This document shows, piece by piece, positions 10,429-20,959 of a stretch of DNA of 32,515 nucleotides (positions within the stretch are counted from its first letter, which is position 1; each line of letters begins with the position of its first letter). A program made the translations under genes and the position numbers. The stretch spans positions 147,643,935 through 147,676,449 of the forward strand of contig NC_068981.1 of the NCBI RefSeq assembly GCF_001194135.2, in the 5' to 3' direction. This DNA comes from Octopus bimaculoides (taxonomy: Eukaryota). Below the pieces are notes generated by a model, which made no database searches, was not told where the DNA came from, and saw nothing but the letters and a program-made list of their open reading frames with translations.

Positions 10429-10779
10429 GATATGGAAGGGAATATGGCGACTGCTTTCTGTTGTCGGAGGTGGATTAACACATCCAGTTTGTGGCTGCTG
10501 TAAAAAGGTGGCAAAATGAAAAAGGGCCAGAGCATTAGATTAGAAGTTATGTCCCTTGGTTGGGTACACTGTAAGGCTGATAAGAGTTATCTTGAAGTGT
10601 TTGCGGAGAAAGCGTAAGTTTATTAAGTATGGTGCTCCTAAGGGGATGGAGGTGTGCGATATGTGTAGTGGTGTCATATGCATAATTTTTTCCAGGGGTG
10701 TAGGCATACACACACACACACAAAACAAAGTTATTTTATTCCACATAGGTAGAAACAGATAGTTTATTTTTAAAGGCTT

Positions 10780-10912
10780 AACTGGTTTCACAGATTTTTT
10801 TGATTTTCAAAAGTTAAGTGAGATAAAAAAAATGTGGAGTTATGTTGGCATAACCCCACATCATTCTATCTCACTTAATGTTTGAAAATCAGAAAAATCT
10901 GTGAAACCAATT
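10780..10912. repeat. 133 bp imperfect palindrome (about 62 bp arms, TTGG loop)
   Basis: TGGTTTCACAGATTTTT...GTTATG ttgg CATAAC...AAAAATCTGTGAAACCA. Confidence 0.93.
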
Positions 10913-11037
10913 CAGTGTTTCTCAACCATTTTTTAGCTATGAACCCCTTTGATTCCTATTTTACTTTACCCTAATAAATACTTGATGTTTAAAAAAAATC
11001 TCTCACATTTTCATAATGAAATATTATTAGGAATTGT

Positions 11038-11118
11038 CTGCTCTGGCTTACCAGTTCCAGTCAAACCATCTAACCTATGCCAGCATGGAAAATGGATGTT
11101 ACATGATGATGATGATGA
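11038..11118 (+). mobile_element. SINE family A 3' fragment
   Basis: Family tail plus (GAT)n; apparent TSD TTAGGAATTGT / TTAAGAATTGT. Confidence 0.8.
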
Positions 11119-11137
11119 TTAAGAATTGTATAATAAA

Positions 11138-11292
11138 AGCTCTTTTACTCTTTTGCTCTTTTACTTGTTTCAGTCATTTGACTGTGGCCATGCTGGAGTA
11201 CCGCCTTTAGTCGAGCAAATTGACCCCAGGACTTATTCTTTGTAAGCCTAGTACTTATTTTATTGGTCTCTTTTGCTGAACCGCTAAGTTAC
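11138..11292 (-). mobile_element. SINE family C 3' fragment
   Basis: CTTTTACTTGTTTCAGTCATTTGACTGTGGCCATGCTGG... Confidence 0.85.
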
Positions 11293-11457
11293 GCATTGCA
11301 GAAGTATAACCAATTTATAGCACATAAATTTTAACAGCAAAATCTTGTGAACCCCCCCAGGGCTATGAGGGCCCCAGTGGAGGACCACTGGATTAAGCCT
11401 TTAAAAATAAGCCATCTAAAAAAACTACCAATGTATTTTCAACATTATGTGTTTGTC

Positions 11458-11570
11458 TGCTTGCCTGCCTGCCTGCCTGCCTGCCTGCATGCACGCATGC
11501 ATGCATGTAGTATGTATGTATGTATGTATGTATGTACATACATACATATACATATGCACACATACATACA
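11458..11570. repeat. Compound tetranucleotide array (GCCT)n-(GCAT)n-(GTAT)n-(ACAT)n
   Basis: Direct inspection. Confidence 0.93.
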
Positions 11571-12270
11571 TGAGACCTTGTAATGAATGATAAAGTAAAA
11601 TTGACAATTTTCATACAAGTATCCATATCACCATGCTCTGAGTCAGCTGAAGGATGAGAAAGCTGTGATTGTGCTGAGAGAGGCTGAAGTGAGTTGATAG
11701 AAAGAGAAGCAATAAGCAGTAAACTAGCAGAATGCTCATAATACAAGCTCTTAGGTAAGCAGACAGTGAAATACATAGAGGACTGAATAAAAGCATGAGA
11801 GAGGAAAAGATAATATGAATAATAAAATAAACAGGGAGAGAAAAGATGGAAAGAAAGATAGGGATCCGCAATAAAAAAAAGAGGCATCAGAGAGGGATCA
11901 TGATAAAATTTCAGTGAGCAAATGAAAGGGATAGACATTTGTTTATAATATCAGAATGCATAGAGGGGGTGAGGTGAAAAATGTGTGATTTAAGAAATAG
12001 AAGCAAGGCTCAAAACAAAAAGGACAACAAGGAGATATATTAAAACATAAGAAATAGAAGATCAAGGTTAGAAGTAGAAAGGTAAAGATTTACTGAAAAG
12101 AGATAGAAATTAAACCTATAATTTTCAACAGCTACTATGCTAGGAATATATATTTTGGTAACAGAATCCTCCTCATCCTTTTGCACTCCTTCTGACACCA
12201 AATTTCATCCAAAGCTACTGTCACCTCTAATATTTATAAAACATCAATGACAAAAACTAATAACACTTAC

Positions 12271-12346
12271 AGTAAGAATTTTATCATGATATCAAACAAT
12301 ATGGTTTTGAATCCTGTATCACATTCCTTTAATAATTTTCTCTGAA
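12271..12346 (-). CDS. Candidate internal exon, xQRKLLKECDTGFKTILFDIMIKFLx
   Basis: Acceptor tttgtttacag|, donor |GTAAGT, 76 nt, only one open frame (phase 1 to 2). Confidence 0.42.
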
Positions 12347-12506
12347 CTGTAAACAAACAGAGCAAACTATCCTTGTTTCATCACGTCATAATTTGTATAT
12401 CTTTCTTTGTAAAAGTATTTGTTGAAGACAAATTTATTTTACCAAGAGTTAAAATTAGATGCATGACATTTCAATTTCTTTATATATATATATATATATA
12501 TATATA

Positions 12507-12613
12507 GGGGGAGAATTCGCAAAAAAACAAAGGACGAAGACAGGTGGTGTAGGCAACAAACAGATGTATTAGTATAACACTCAGGAAGTGAAAAAGTCTA
12601 ACATTTTGAGCCT
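12507..12613 (-). mobile_element. Repeat end next to (TA)n, cut by gap; possible decayed hammerhead 3' half
   Basis: Minus strand reads GGCTC AAAA TGT TA GACT at the gap edge. Confidence 0.4.
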
Positions 12614-12765
12614 NNNNNNNNNNNNNNNNNNNNNNNNNNNNNNNNNNNNNNNNNNNNNNNNNNNNNNNNNNNNNNNNNNNNNNNNNNNNNNNNNNNNNNN
12701 NNNNNNNNNNNNNNNNNNNNNNNNNNNNNNNNNNNNNNNNNNNNNNNNNNNNNNNNNNNNNNNNN
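12614..12765. other. Assembly gap
   Basis: N run between the repeat at 12507-12613 and a (TA)n array. Confidence 1.
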
Positions 12766-12809
<44 letters not shown>

Positions 12810-12835
12810 ATTTTCTCAGGGACATAGAGCCTTAT

Positions 12836-13056
12836 CCCTTTAGCATTCAGATTACTTTATCAAATGTAATGCTTATTTTTTTAATATTGTTTTGAATTAA
12901 ACTAGCTTTATTGTGTAGCTTCAAGATTTTAATAATGTAATAGTTTATTTTTAGAATGACATTACAGGGTAGGTATAAGAGGCCAAATCTGACTGGTTTG
13001 ATCATAAAACAAATAGAATATTTGGGTTGAATACAGCTGGTTTAAATACTAAAGGG
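12836..13056. mobile_element. piggyBac-like MITE
   Basis: TIRs CCCTTTAGCATT ... AATACTAAAGGG; flanks TTAT and ATGA resemble decayed TTAA. Confidence 0.65.
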
Positions 13057-13187
13057 ATGAAGGGTGAATCAGAAAAATGGTAAATATCTCCCTCCTCATA
13101 TAATTCAATCTTTAGATTACTATGCAATGCTTTTGGGAATATATACCTTTTTAATTGGAAAAGTGTCAATGTTTTTCAATTAATTTT

Positions 13188-13362
13188 AACTATATTCAAG
13201 ATACTGATATGTTCAGAGAAAATATCTGTGGCTTTATTAAGCTAGTGTTGACCAACTGAAATCTCACAATGTAATTTCTGTCGCAATGAGTTTTGATTGA
13301 AATTTTAATTTAAATATGTACAATTTCCCATGTTCTCAGGTGGGTTAGTAGTGAAAGGGTTA
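13188..13362. mobile_element. piggyBac-like MITE remnant
   Basis: Right end GTAGTGAAAGGG-TTAA; left end degenerate and approximate. Confidence 0.45.
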
Positions 13363-13692
13363 AACAATAAGTTGAAAAAATCTCATATTAATCAAATACA
13401 AAATATTTCTAAAATTAATACATTTTGTTATCTGTCAATATTTTTGTAGGGAATTTTTTAAGACATCATAGCATAATTGAAGAAGGAATTAATGAAATAT
13501 TTGTAAAATAAATTTTATCAATTTTATGAACTGTTATTTTGCTAGTTTTTTTTTTAGAACTGTAGTTATTGCTTTTTTTTTCTCTGAAGAAGTTACCTGT
13601 TGGAATAAGATATGAAAATTAATGAGATATTTGAATAATAAAAAAAAAGGAACCTAAATTGTTTGACCAAATATTTAATGATTATATCTTGC

Positions 13693-13850
13693 AGGTGCAG
13701 GCATGGCTAGTGGTTAAAAAGTTTGTTTTGCAATCACGAGCTCCTGGGGTTCATTTATCCCATCTTGAAGTTGACCTAAACCTTGTAAATGACACTGGGT
13801 AGGCAGAAATTTGAAAGTCTGTCAGATAGTGCAGCTTTGTCACATTTTCT
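13693..13850 (+). mobile_element. SINE family C-related 5' fragment
   Basis: GCAGGCATGGCTAGTGGTTAAAAAGTTTG tRNA-like head. Confidence 0.6.
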
Positions 13851-14299
13851 GTTACATGCTCTGTCACACAGATTTGGCCTGAAAATTTCATCAAGGCTAT
13901 GCATGTCTCAAGAACATTCAGTTACTTCCAGATCAATCTAACAAGTTGATTGAATGCTGATTAAAACTGATGGAAGATCTGTTAAATCATTATATATTGT
14001 CAACTTCGTATAGTATTGAGTGTGAAAAAAAATTATATTTTAACATTTCTTTGTTGTTCCACTCAAAATTATGATAGATTAAAAGAATGTTAGAATATAG
14101 TTTAGAGACGATATTCAAGTAATGTATGACTTAGACATGTTTTATTTATTATTTTTGTTTGTTTGTGTGTGTGTGTGTGTAAGGATAATTGATTACATAT
14201 AGTTGTACTTCATATCACATAAACAAGTGGGAGATTTTAGATAAACCAATAAAAGAGTCTGATACCCAAAGTTCTTTATGGAATAATAAATTCATTTAC

Positions 14300-14404
14300 C
14301 TTTCAGCAATTTTGTCTTTTGTAAATTATTGTTAAAGTATTTAATATAGTGCCTCATTATAAAGCTTTTCAACAATTTGAAGGTGATTGGCCAATTCATT
14401 GGCT
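14300..14404 (-). CDS. Candidate internal exon, xPMNWPITFKLLKSFIMRHYIKYFNNNLQKTKLLKx
   Basis: Acceptor aaaatacag|, donor AAG|GTAAAT, 105 nt open frame, phase 1 to 1. Confidence 0.38.
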
Positions 14405-14639
14405 CTGTATTTTAATACCACAAAGATAAATCAGTTTAAAGTAAAAATGAAGAAGGGCCCTTGCTCATAATATTAGAATTCACTTATTTGCATGGCACAA
14501 AGTTTTCATTTACAAATGTTATTAAATCAAATATAGTAAAATAAAGTATAGCCAGCCATCACTTGTTAGTGAGTATGGGTTGGTAGCATGTACCATGTTT
14601 TCAATAATTGTTTTAAGTGATTATATGAGCATGAGCAAA

Positions 14640-14856
14640 CATTGACACCCTCTTTGCTGCCTCATGAATATCCAGGGTGCGACAGCTGAAGGAGGAAAGG
14701 GCTGCATCAGCACAAGAGTGATACTCATTTACAGCTGAGCAGATTGGAGCATTGTGAAATGAAGTGCCTTGCTTGAGGACACAATATGCTGCCTTGTCCA
14801 GAAATTGAACCCATTGCCTTATGAGCATAAACCAAACATCTTAACTACTAGTCCAA
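14640..14856 (-). mobile_element. tRNA-headed SINE family E
   Basis: Shares TTTACAGCTGAG..TGGAGCA and GTGCCTTGCT..AG.ACACAA with 25262-25575. Confidence 0.7.
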
Positions 14857-14988
14857 ACAACTTTATTAACTATATTTTGCTAATGCAGACTAGTATAGTT
14901 TTTTCAGCTTTTGTTACTTCTTTGTGAAGAAAAGATGGTCTTGTATGGCTTAATTCATAACTGTATGAACCAATTTGAATTTTCAGAA

Positions 14989-15199
14989 ATGTGCTGGTGC
15001 CACATAAAAAGCATCCAGTACACTCTGTAGAATGGTTGGCATTAGGAAGGGCATCCAGCCATAGAAACCAGGCCAAAAGAGACTATAGAACCTGGTGTGA
15101 CTCCTGGCTTTGCTAGTTCCTGTCAAGCAGTTCAATCCATACCAGCATGGAAAATGGACATTAAATGCTAATAATGATGATGATGATGATGATGATGAT
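14989..15199 (+). mobile_element. SINE family A
   Basis: GGTTGGCATTAGGAAGGGCATCCAGCC...CAGCATGGAAAATGGACATTAAAT(GAT)n. Confidence 0.88.
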
Positions 15200-15212
15200 G
15201 TGCAGACATGGT

Positions 15213-15372
15213 AGTTGACTAAAAAGTTTGCTCTCAACCACATAGTTTTAGACTCAGTTCCATTACAATGGCAGGTGTCTTTTATCAAATCCACTCACAA
15301 GTCTTTGTTCTATGAATAGATTAGATAGATGGAAACTAAAAGAAGCCCATTATGTGTGTGTGTGTGTGTGTG
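15213..15372 (+). mobile_element. SINE family C 5' fragment with internal deletion
   Basis: CTCAACCACATAGTTTTAGACTCAGTTCC...AAAGAAGCCC..(TG)n. Confidence 0.6.
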
Positions 15373-15382
15373 TATAATTTGA

Positions 15383-15815
15383 AAGCTGGCAGAAACATTA
15401 GCTTGCCAAGCGAAATACTTAGTGATATTTTGTCTGTCTTTATGTTTTGAGTTCAAATTTCGCTGAGGTCGACTTCGACAAACAGATTATTTAGTTAATT
15501 TTTTTAACTAAATACTTTCAAATTTCTGATACTGGTAGAATGTGTCACATAGAACAGGGTTTACTTTTAATGTTTTTGACAAAATTTTATATTTTAGAAC
15601 TGGTATTTCATCTGTCTTTACGTTCTGAGTTCAATTTCTGCTGAGGTTGACTTTGTCTTTCATCCATTTCGAATTTATTCAATTAGACTTACAGATTATT
15701 TAATTAGTCTTTTTTAACTAAGCACTTTCAAACTTCTGATACTGGTAGAATGTGTCACATAGAGCAGGGTTTACTCTTAACTATTTGACAAAATTTTGTA
15801 GTTTAGAAGTTATTT
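15383..15815 (+). repeat. Imperfect tandem duplication of a SINE B fragment fused to a ~120 bp repeat
   Basis: ACAGATTATTT...TTCTGATACTGGTAGAATGTGTCACATAGA.CAGGGTTTACT...TTTAGAA at about 15482-15598 and 15690-15808, each preceded by a SINE B segment. Confidence 0.85.
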
Positions 15816-15971
15816 CGTCAGAAGCTACAGAGTGACAATGGACAAATTCATGTTTTATAAGTGCCAATACACGAAACACTCAGCTTTTTACTTACCCTCT
15901 CACTTCTGCTGCTGATATATATACATATTACATATATGTGTAAAAATATCTCATCACGCAATCGAACCAAT

Positions 15972-16160
15972 GAAAGAGCCTCTACCTGGTCGCTTGACAC
16001 GCTAAAAATAGCAACCAAAGTATTCCCTTACCTAAATCACATGCCCATTGTATGTAATGTCCCAGATTATCCCTAAAAAGACGGTTTGCTGAAGGCTGGA
16101 ATGTCTTTGATGCTAGGTTTGCAGTATCAGGGTTGATTTGAGGCTAAATAACAATAACAT
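15972..16160 (+). mobile_element. Dispersed repeat family F
   Basis: AAAGAGCCTCTACCTGGTCGCTTGAC...GAGGCTAAATAACAATAAC; homologous to 18450-18967. Confidence 0.65.
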
Positions 16161-16687
16161 TATGTTAAATTTCTATATTAACACCCACACAATTTTTACA
16201 AAGACAAAAAGCAAAAAATTTGATTTTTTGCATGGAATTAAGTACCCTGATCTAATATGCAGAAAATCCCTTATTTTGGTTCAGAAAAAATGAGGTAGGG
16301 GGTCCCCTCTCCAATCCCGGAATCATCGGAAATTTTTTTCGTTGAATTTTTTTTCGTTGACCTCCAAATATTGCAAAATTAGGTTACTTAAGGTGAGCCT
16401 GGTAACTGATGGTTTTGGGGTTTTGTTGTTTGTAACTTTTGGTGAGCCATGGTGCAACCAACAACATGGTAAAAATCCCTGCCATTAATTTGTTGTGAAT
16501 GAGTAATATCAAATAATTAAATCACAACATATATTTAAATTAAACATGAAAATAAATTGAAATATTATCATCATTTACATGGAAAAATTGAAATATTATT
16601 TTTCAGTATTTTATAAGGTAAAATTTTAAATTATTAATTGACACATTATTAATTATCTTATAACAGCAATGTCTGGAAAAATCATGG

Positions 16688-17208
16688 ATTACAGAGAAAA
16701 ATGTGAGCATGCAAAGTAATATTCTTAAGATTATAAACCTGGAAAATTACAGGACAAGTTATTACACCTGGAAAAGTATAGGACAAGCTATTACTTCTAA
16801 TAAAGTAAAGAATAAGAAACTTTTTACTTAAAATATTGCAGCTAAAATTAAAATTTGAATATTAAAACTTATTTTATTATAGTTTACAAATAACACTATA
16901 CTTATTTAAGTAGAATTTGGCTAATTTACTACCTTAAATATAGAAAAAAATGTCTAATTAGACAAACTTACAAATTACTTGAACAGTTTTGTACAATAAA
17001 TTTAACAGATGGGAACTGTGAAGAGTGATAAATTAGAAGAACTGGCATTCTTTGCTGCAATATTTTAAGTAAAAAGTTTCTTATTCTTTACTTTACTAGA
17101 AGTAATAGCTTGTCCTATACTTTTCCAGGTGTAATAACTTGTCCTTTACTTTTCCAGGTTTATAATCTTAAGAATATTACTTTTCATGCTCACATTTTTC
17201 CATGTAAT
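16688..17208. mobile_element. Foldback/MITE-like element, about 160 bp TIRs with internal ~27 bp direct subrepeats
   Basis: Arms about 16688-16846 and 17053-17208 are near-perfect reverse complements around a ~205 bp AT-rich spacer. Confidence 0.85.
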
Positions 17209-17374
17209 ATATATATAGATAGATACCGGAGTAAGCGCATAAATGTGAAACAAGGTGGAAAAAAGAGTACTCAAATATCAGAGGTAAAGTAATATGCTTT
17301 ATTTATGTAATAAGCTTTTAAAAATAAAGCATATATATAGAGATAGATAAATAGATAGACGGGTAGGTATATGT

Positions 17375-17663
17375 ATTTTTGTATGTATGTGTCAGTGTGT
17401 ATGTGTTTGTGCCTCATTATCTTGACATTGCGTAATTGTTGTAAATGAGTGTCATTTATTTCTAATACTCTGCAAAAGTTTGTCTGACCATGAGAAAGTA
17501 TTATCATGCCTAGAAAGAGGTGAGGGTTGGCAACAAGAAAGTCATCTAACATTAGAATATCTTCCTTAATAAACTCCACCTGACCCATGCAAGCATGGAA
17601 AAGTGAATTTTTAAAAATGATGACGGTGTTGATGACGATGATGATGATGATGATGATGATGAT
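17375..17663 (+). mobile_element. SINE sharing the family A tail
   Basis: CCATGCAAGCATGGAAAAGTG..(GAT)n; body similar to 26441-26690 (-). Confidence 0.75.
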
Positions 17664-18449
17664 TTCTCTTGTTTCTCATCACATTAAAATGGCTCTGATT
17701 TCTTTGGTGCAGAAACACTAGTAAGTTTCATTACCAGAGGGTAAACAAAATACTGATTTACAATAGTTTCCCACCAGCTAAGTTAAGGAAAGTGCATTTT
17801 CTTTCAGGCACCAGTATGCAATTCAATTTTGTTCAGTTGTGTAAAAGCCACAAACTTAGCCTTGCTTGAAAATGATAGGATATTGCTTTATACATTGAAA
17901 GAAAGAAATATCCATCTATCACTAGTTTAACTAAGCATGAGGTGTAGCTGTCTGTTCTAATCAGGAAGTCCAATATAAATATTGTATAGTGTGAGAATGA
18001 ACAGAATACTGGTGCAAGTTTGCAGTGATCTTGTTAACAATCTATTTACTATATAAAAGACGTCTACTATCAAACCATTCCCATAGATTTTCTTCTAATA
18101 AAGGCCATAAACTTTATTTTATTGAGCTGTAATTCCACCTGACTTTTTTTTTCAATAGAAAATTTGAACAACTTTATCTTTTTCCATGATTGAATTACAA
18201 GCTCTTCCAAAACAGCAGTAAACTTTTAAATTCAGTTTTGTTTGGTCTGCATCCTTGGACTCAATAATAACTGATCAATCAGACATTAACAAAACCATAA
18301 AACTGATGATTGCTTGAAATAGGAAAAAAAAAAAAAAAAATTTTATAATAATGATGTTCTTTTTTTTTAACATTTCTAAAAAAAAAAAAATACTTATATT
18401 TTAACTGGTGTCCTTATGTTGACAACTTTCTTAATTCCAGCTATTGATG

Positions 18450-18720
18450 AAAGCTCTATGTATTCACTCAACCTGTTAGTAATAGCAGCCAAATCTCTCT
18501 CAGATTACTCCATACTGACTTCAAAGAAGAAAAAAAGATACATTGGATAGTGTGTCCTGAGTGAACTGTGTCTGAGAGAAAGGTAGGAGAGATATAATTA
18601 GAACACCTTTGATTCTTTTTTATTATCATGTCCATAGAGCAGCAGTGAAATGATTAGGTCATGATGTGAATGCTCTTTTCTTGATCCCCTTCTCTCTCTC
18701 TCTTGGAAGAGAGGGGGGAG

Positions 18721-18754
<34 letters not shown>

Positions 18755-18967
18755 CACAAAATTGATACTAGTGTTTGAGTGATACTATCAAAACCCTGAA
18801 GAGATGAAAGGCAAAACTGACTTCAATTCAGAATGTAGAAAGCCAGAACAAATACCACAAGACATTCGATCCAACACAATAAGGCTGCCAGTTTACCATT
18901 TAACCTTTAACCATAGATCTGCCTGATTAGGACTGACTTGGAGCTAAGCTACAAAAACAACAACTTT
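18450..18967 (+). mobile_element. Family F repeat interrupted by a (CT)/(GA) tract and a minus-strand SINE B (about 18770-18898)
   Basis: AAAGCTCTATGTATTCACTCAACCTG... resumes as ACCATAGATCTGCC...AAACAACAAC after the insert. Confidence 0.6.
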
Positions 18968-19045
18968 TCTATTTTGCATTAATGCTATGTACAAATGGCT
19001 TTTTCAAATGTACCACCTTTGTATTTAAATTCTGTAATTGACTTA

Positions 19046-19097
19046 GTCACAAATTATTTGTCATAAATTATTTGTCACAAATTATTTGTCACAAATT
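19046..19097. repeat. 14 bp minisatellite (AAATTATTTGTCAC) x about 3.7
   Basis: Direct inspection. Confidence 0.95.
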
Positions 19098-19100
19098 TAC

Positions 19101-19395
19101 TATCATCATCGTTCAACGTCCGCTTTCCATGCTAGCATGAGTTGGACGTTTTGACTGAGGACTGGTGAACCAGATGGCTACACCAGGCTCCAATCTGATT
19201 TGGCAGAGTTTCTACAGCTGGATGCCCTTCCTAACGCCAACCACTCCGAGAGTGTAGTGGGTGCTTTTACGTGCCACCAGCACAAAGGCCAGTCAAGCGG
19301 TACTGACAACGGACACACTCAAAATGGTGTATTTTACGTGCCGCCTGCACAAGAGCCAGTCCAGCAGCACTGGCAACGATCTCACTCGAAAGTCT
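19101..19395 (-). mobile_element. SINE family A, young copy
   Basis: High identity to the reverse complement of 1-240, with CpGs retained. Confidence 0.92.
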
Positions 19396-19431
19396 TTAAT
19401 TAATCTTGCATCAATTTGGCTTACATATTCT

Positions 19432-19605
19432 ATTTTACTCAGTGATATGTTTCAGTAATTGGACTGTGGCCCTGCTGGGACGCTGCCTTGAAGAGTTTTA
19501 GTAGATTGAATTGACCATAGTTCTTAAATTGAATGTCTGATACATATTTTAATGATTTCTATTTGTTGCACTGCTAAGTTACAAGACATAAACATATAAA
19601 CACTA
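19432..19605 (-). mobile_element. SINE family C 3' fragment
   Basis: GTTTCAGTAATTGGACTGTGGCCCTGCTGG...CTGCTAAGTTAC. Confidence 0.7.
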
Positions 19606-20959
19606 TATACAAATATAAACAAACTAACACTTGTTTTTTATTAACGTCAAAATGTGTTTTGTACAATACAAATAAGATGATATTTTTCTGAATGTAGAAT
19701 TCCTGTTAGAACAACAGAAATATCTTTACAAAGTGGAATGACTTGTCAACAAACAGCCATGTGACATAAACCCACATCCCCCAAGCTGAGTGCTTTACTC
19801 TTAAACTAGACTACCTTCTGACAAATTCATCTGCAAATTTAGACACTAAATAGCTAACTGGTGGCTGTTTGCTGACAAATTTTTTCTGCTTTGTAAGGGT
19901 TATTTACTCAGTATTTCTGCTGTTCTAACAACAATTCTGTGTTTGATAAAATATCATTGTATTTGTATCATATAAACACTTTTTTGAAGCACTGTCAATG
20001 TAAAAGTACGCATACACAAACTCAAGTATATTTGATGTGTTTCTGTGCATCTTTTTGTAAACTGGCTTCATCAATTTCATTCACTAGCCTAAGCATCTTT
20101 GAGGCTAAAAGAGAAGATTCCATGCAGCAGTATCAAACCAAAGATCAAATGGTTGCAAAAGGAACTTCTTAAATGCACAGCTTTGCTGTGCCTTTATAAT
20201 TTTTGCTAAGTATTTAACTGAAATTCTTTGGTATAATCATTAGTTATCATTCAGCAAACACAGCTACATTTTAAAAGAGGTCACAGAGAATTGTGTCTTC
20301 CTCTGTCACTCAAGCCACTGTAGTGAAAAAGTACATGTTACTGCTGCCATTTGTTTGACCTTGATGGTTCTGTACCAATAATCTAGCAACATTTCTGCAG
20401 TCAATCTATCTTTCAGCTATTAATATACTATCATGGCTACTTCCTGTCCACTTCACTCAGGGAAAAATTTATATCTATCATCTTTGGCAGCCGCCATTAT
20501 AACAAATTTATCAGTGAAGAAGCCTCTGTGCGGTCAGTCAAGTAAAAACTATCTCCCTCAAGACAAAAAAAAAAAAAAAAATCGAATAAGAAAAACAATA
20601 ATAGCAAAAAAGCACTTAGCCATCTTTAAAAAATAGGAGACATATAAGATAATACAATTGTGCATATCTCTGAAAATACAGGATAATCACAAGTGGAAGG
20701 CCTGTGATCATACATCTGTTCATTCAAATTTGACCTTTGGTTAAACAACAGCAGCAGCAAATGCATCTGTCTCTTCAATTCTTTTCCCTTCTTTCCTTAT
20801 ACACGTCATTAGATTTCTATACATACATACCCTGTTCTATGTTCTTTGTTTTTTTAATGCTTGAACTAATCTGATTTCCTGATAGGAAAACTTTGATTTT
20901 GTAACAGTCAATGGAATTGATACCACCTTTTTAAGATGTGTGTGTATGGGAGTATTACA

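Larger units (their letters stand above)
10913..11390. mobile_element. hAT-Charlie-like MITE with two nested SINE fragments
   Basis: Termini CAGTGTTTCTCAAC and reverse complement CAGTGGTCCTCCAC; no matching 8 bp TSD visible. Confidence 0.7.

Noticed and set aside
11600-11760. Plus-strand donors GAA|GTGAGT and TTAG|GTAAGC with peptide YPYHHALSQLKDEKAVIVLREAE
   Set aside because: Weak AAG acceptor, no partner exon, stops around it
15895-15912. Strong minus-strand donor GAGG|GTAAGT with a 16 nt microexon
   Set aside because: No open frame gives the phase 1 needed for the exon model; unsupported
16160-16480. CpG-containing block with duplicated AATTTTTTTCGTTGA
   Set aside because: Probably a DNA-transposon end, but no TIR partner or TSD was found, so it was not called
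17226-17330. Repeat end beside (TA)n resembling a hammerhead-bearing family from memory
   Set aside because: Truncated before any ribozyme motif; nothing testable in the window
18279-18312. Minus-strand mini exon xNHQFYGFVNV* after a poly-T tract
   Set aside because: Only 34 nt with an AAG acceptor; the tract is a plain poly-A run; no linked upstream exon
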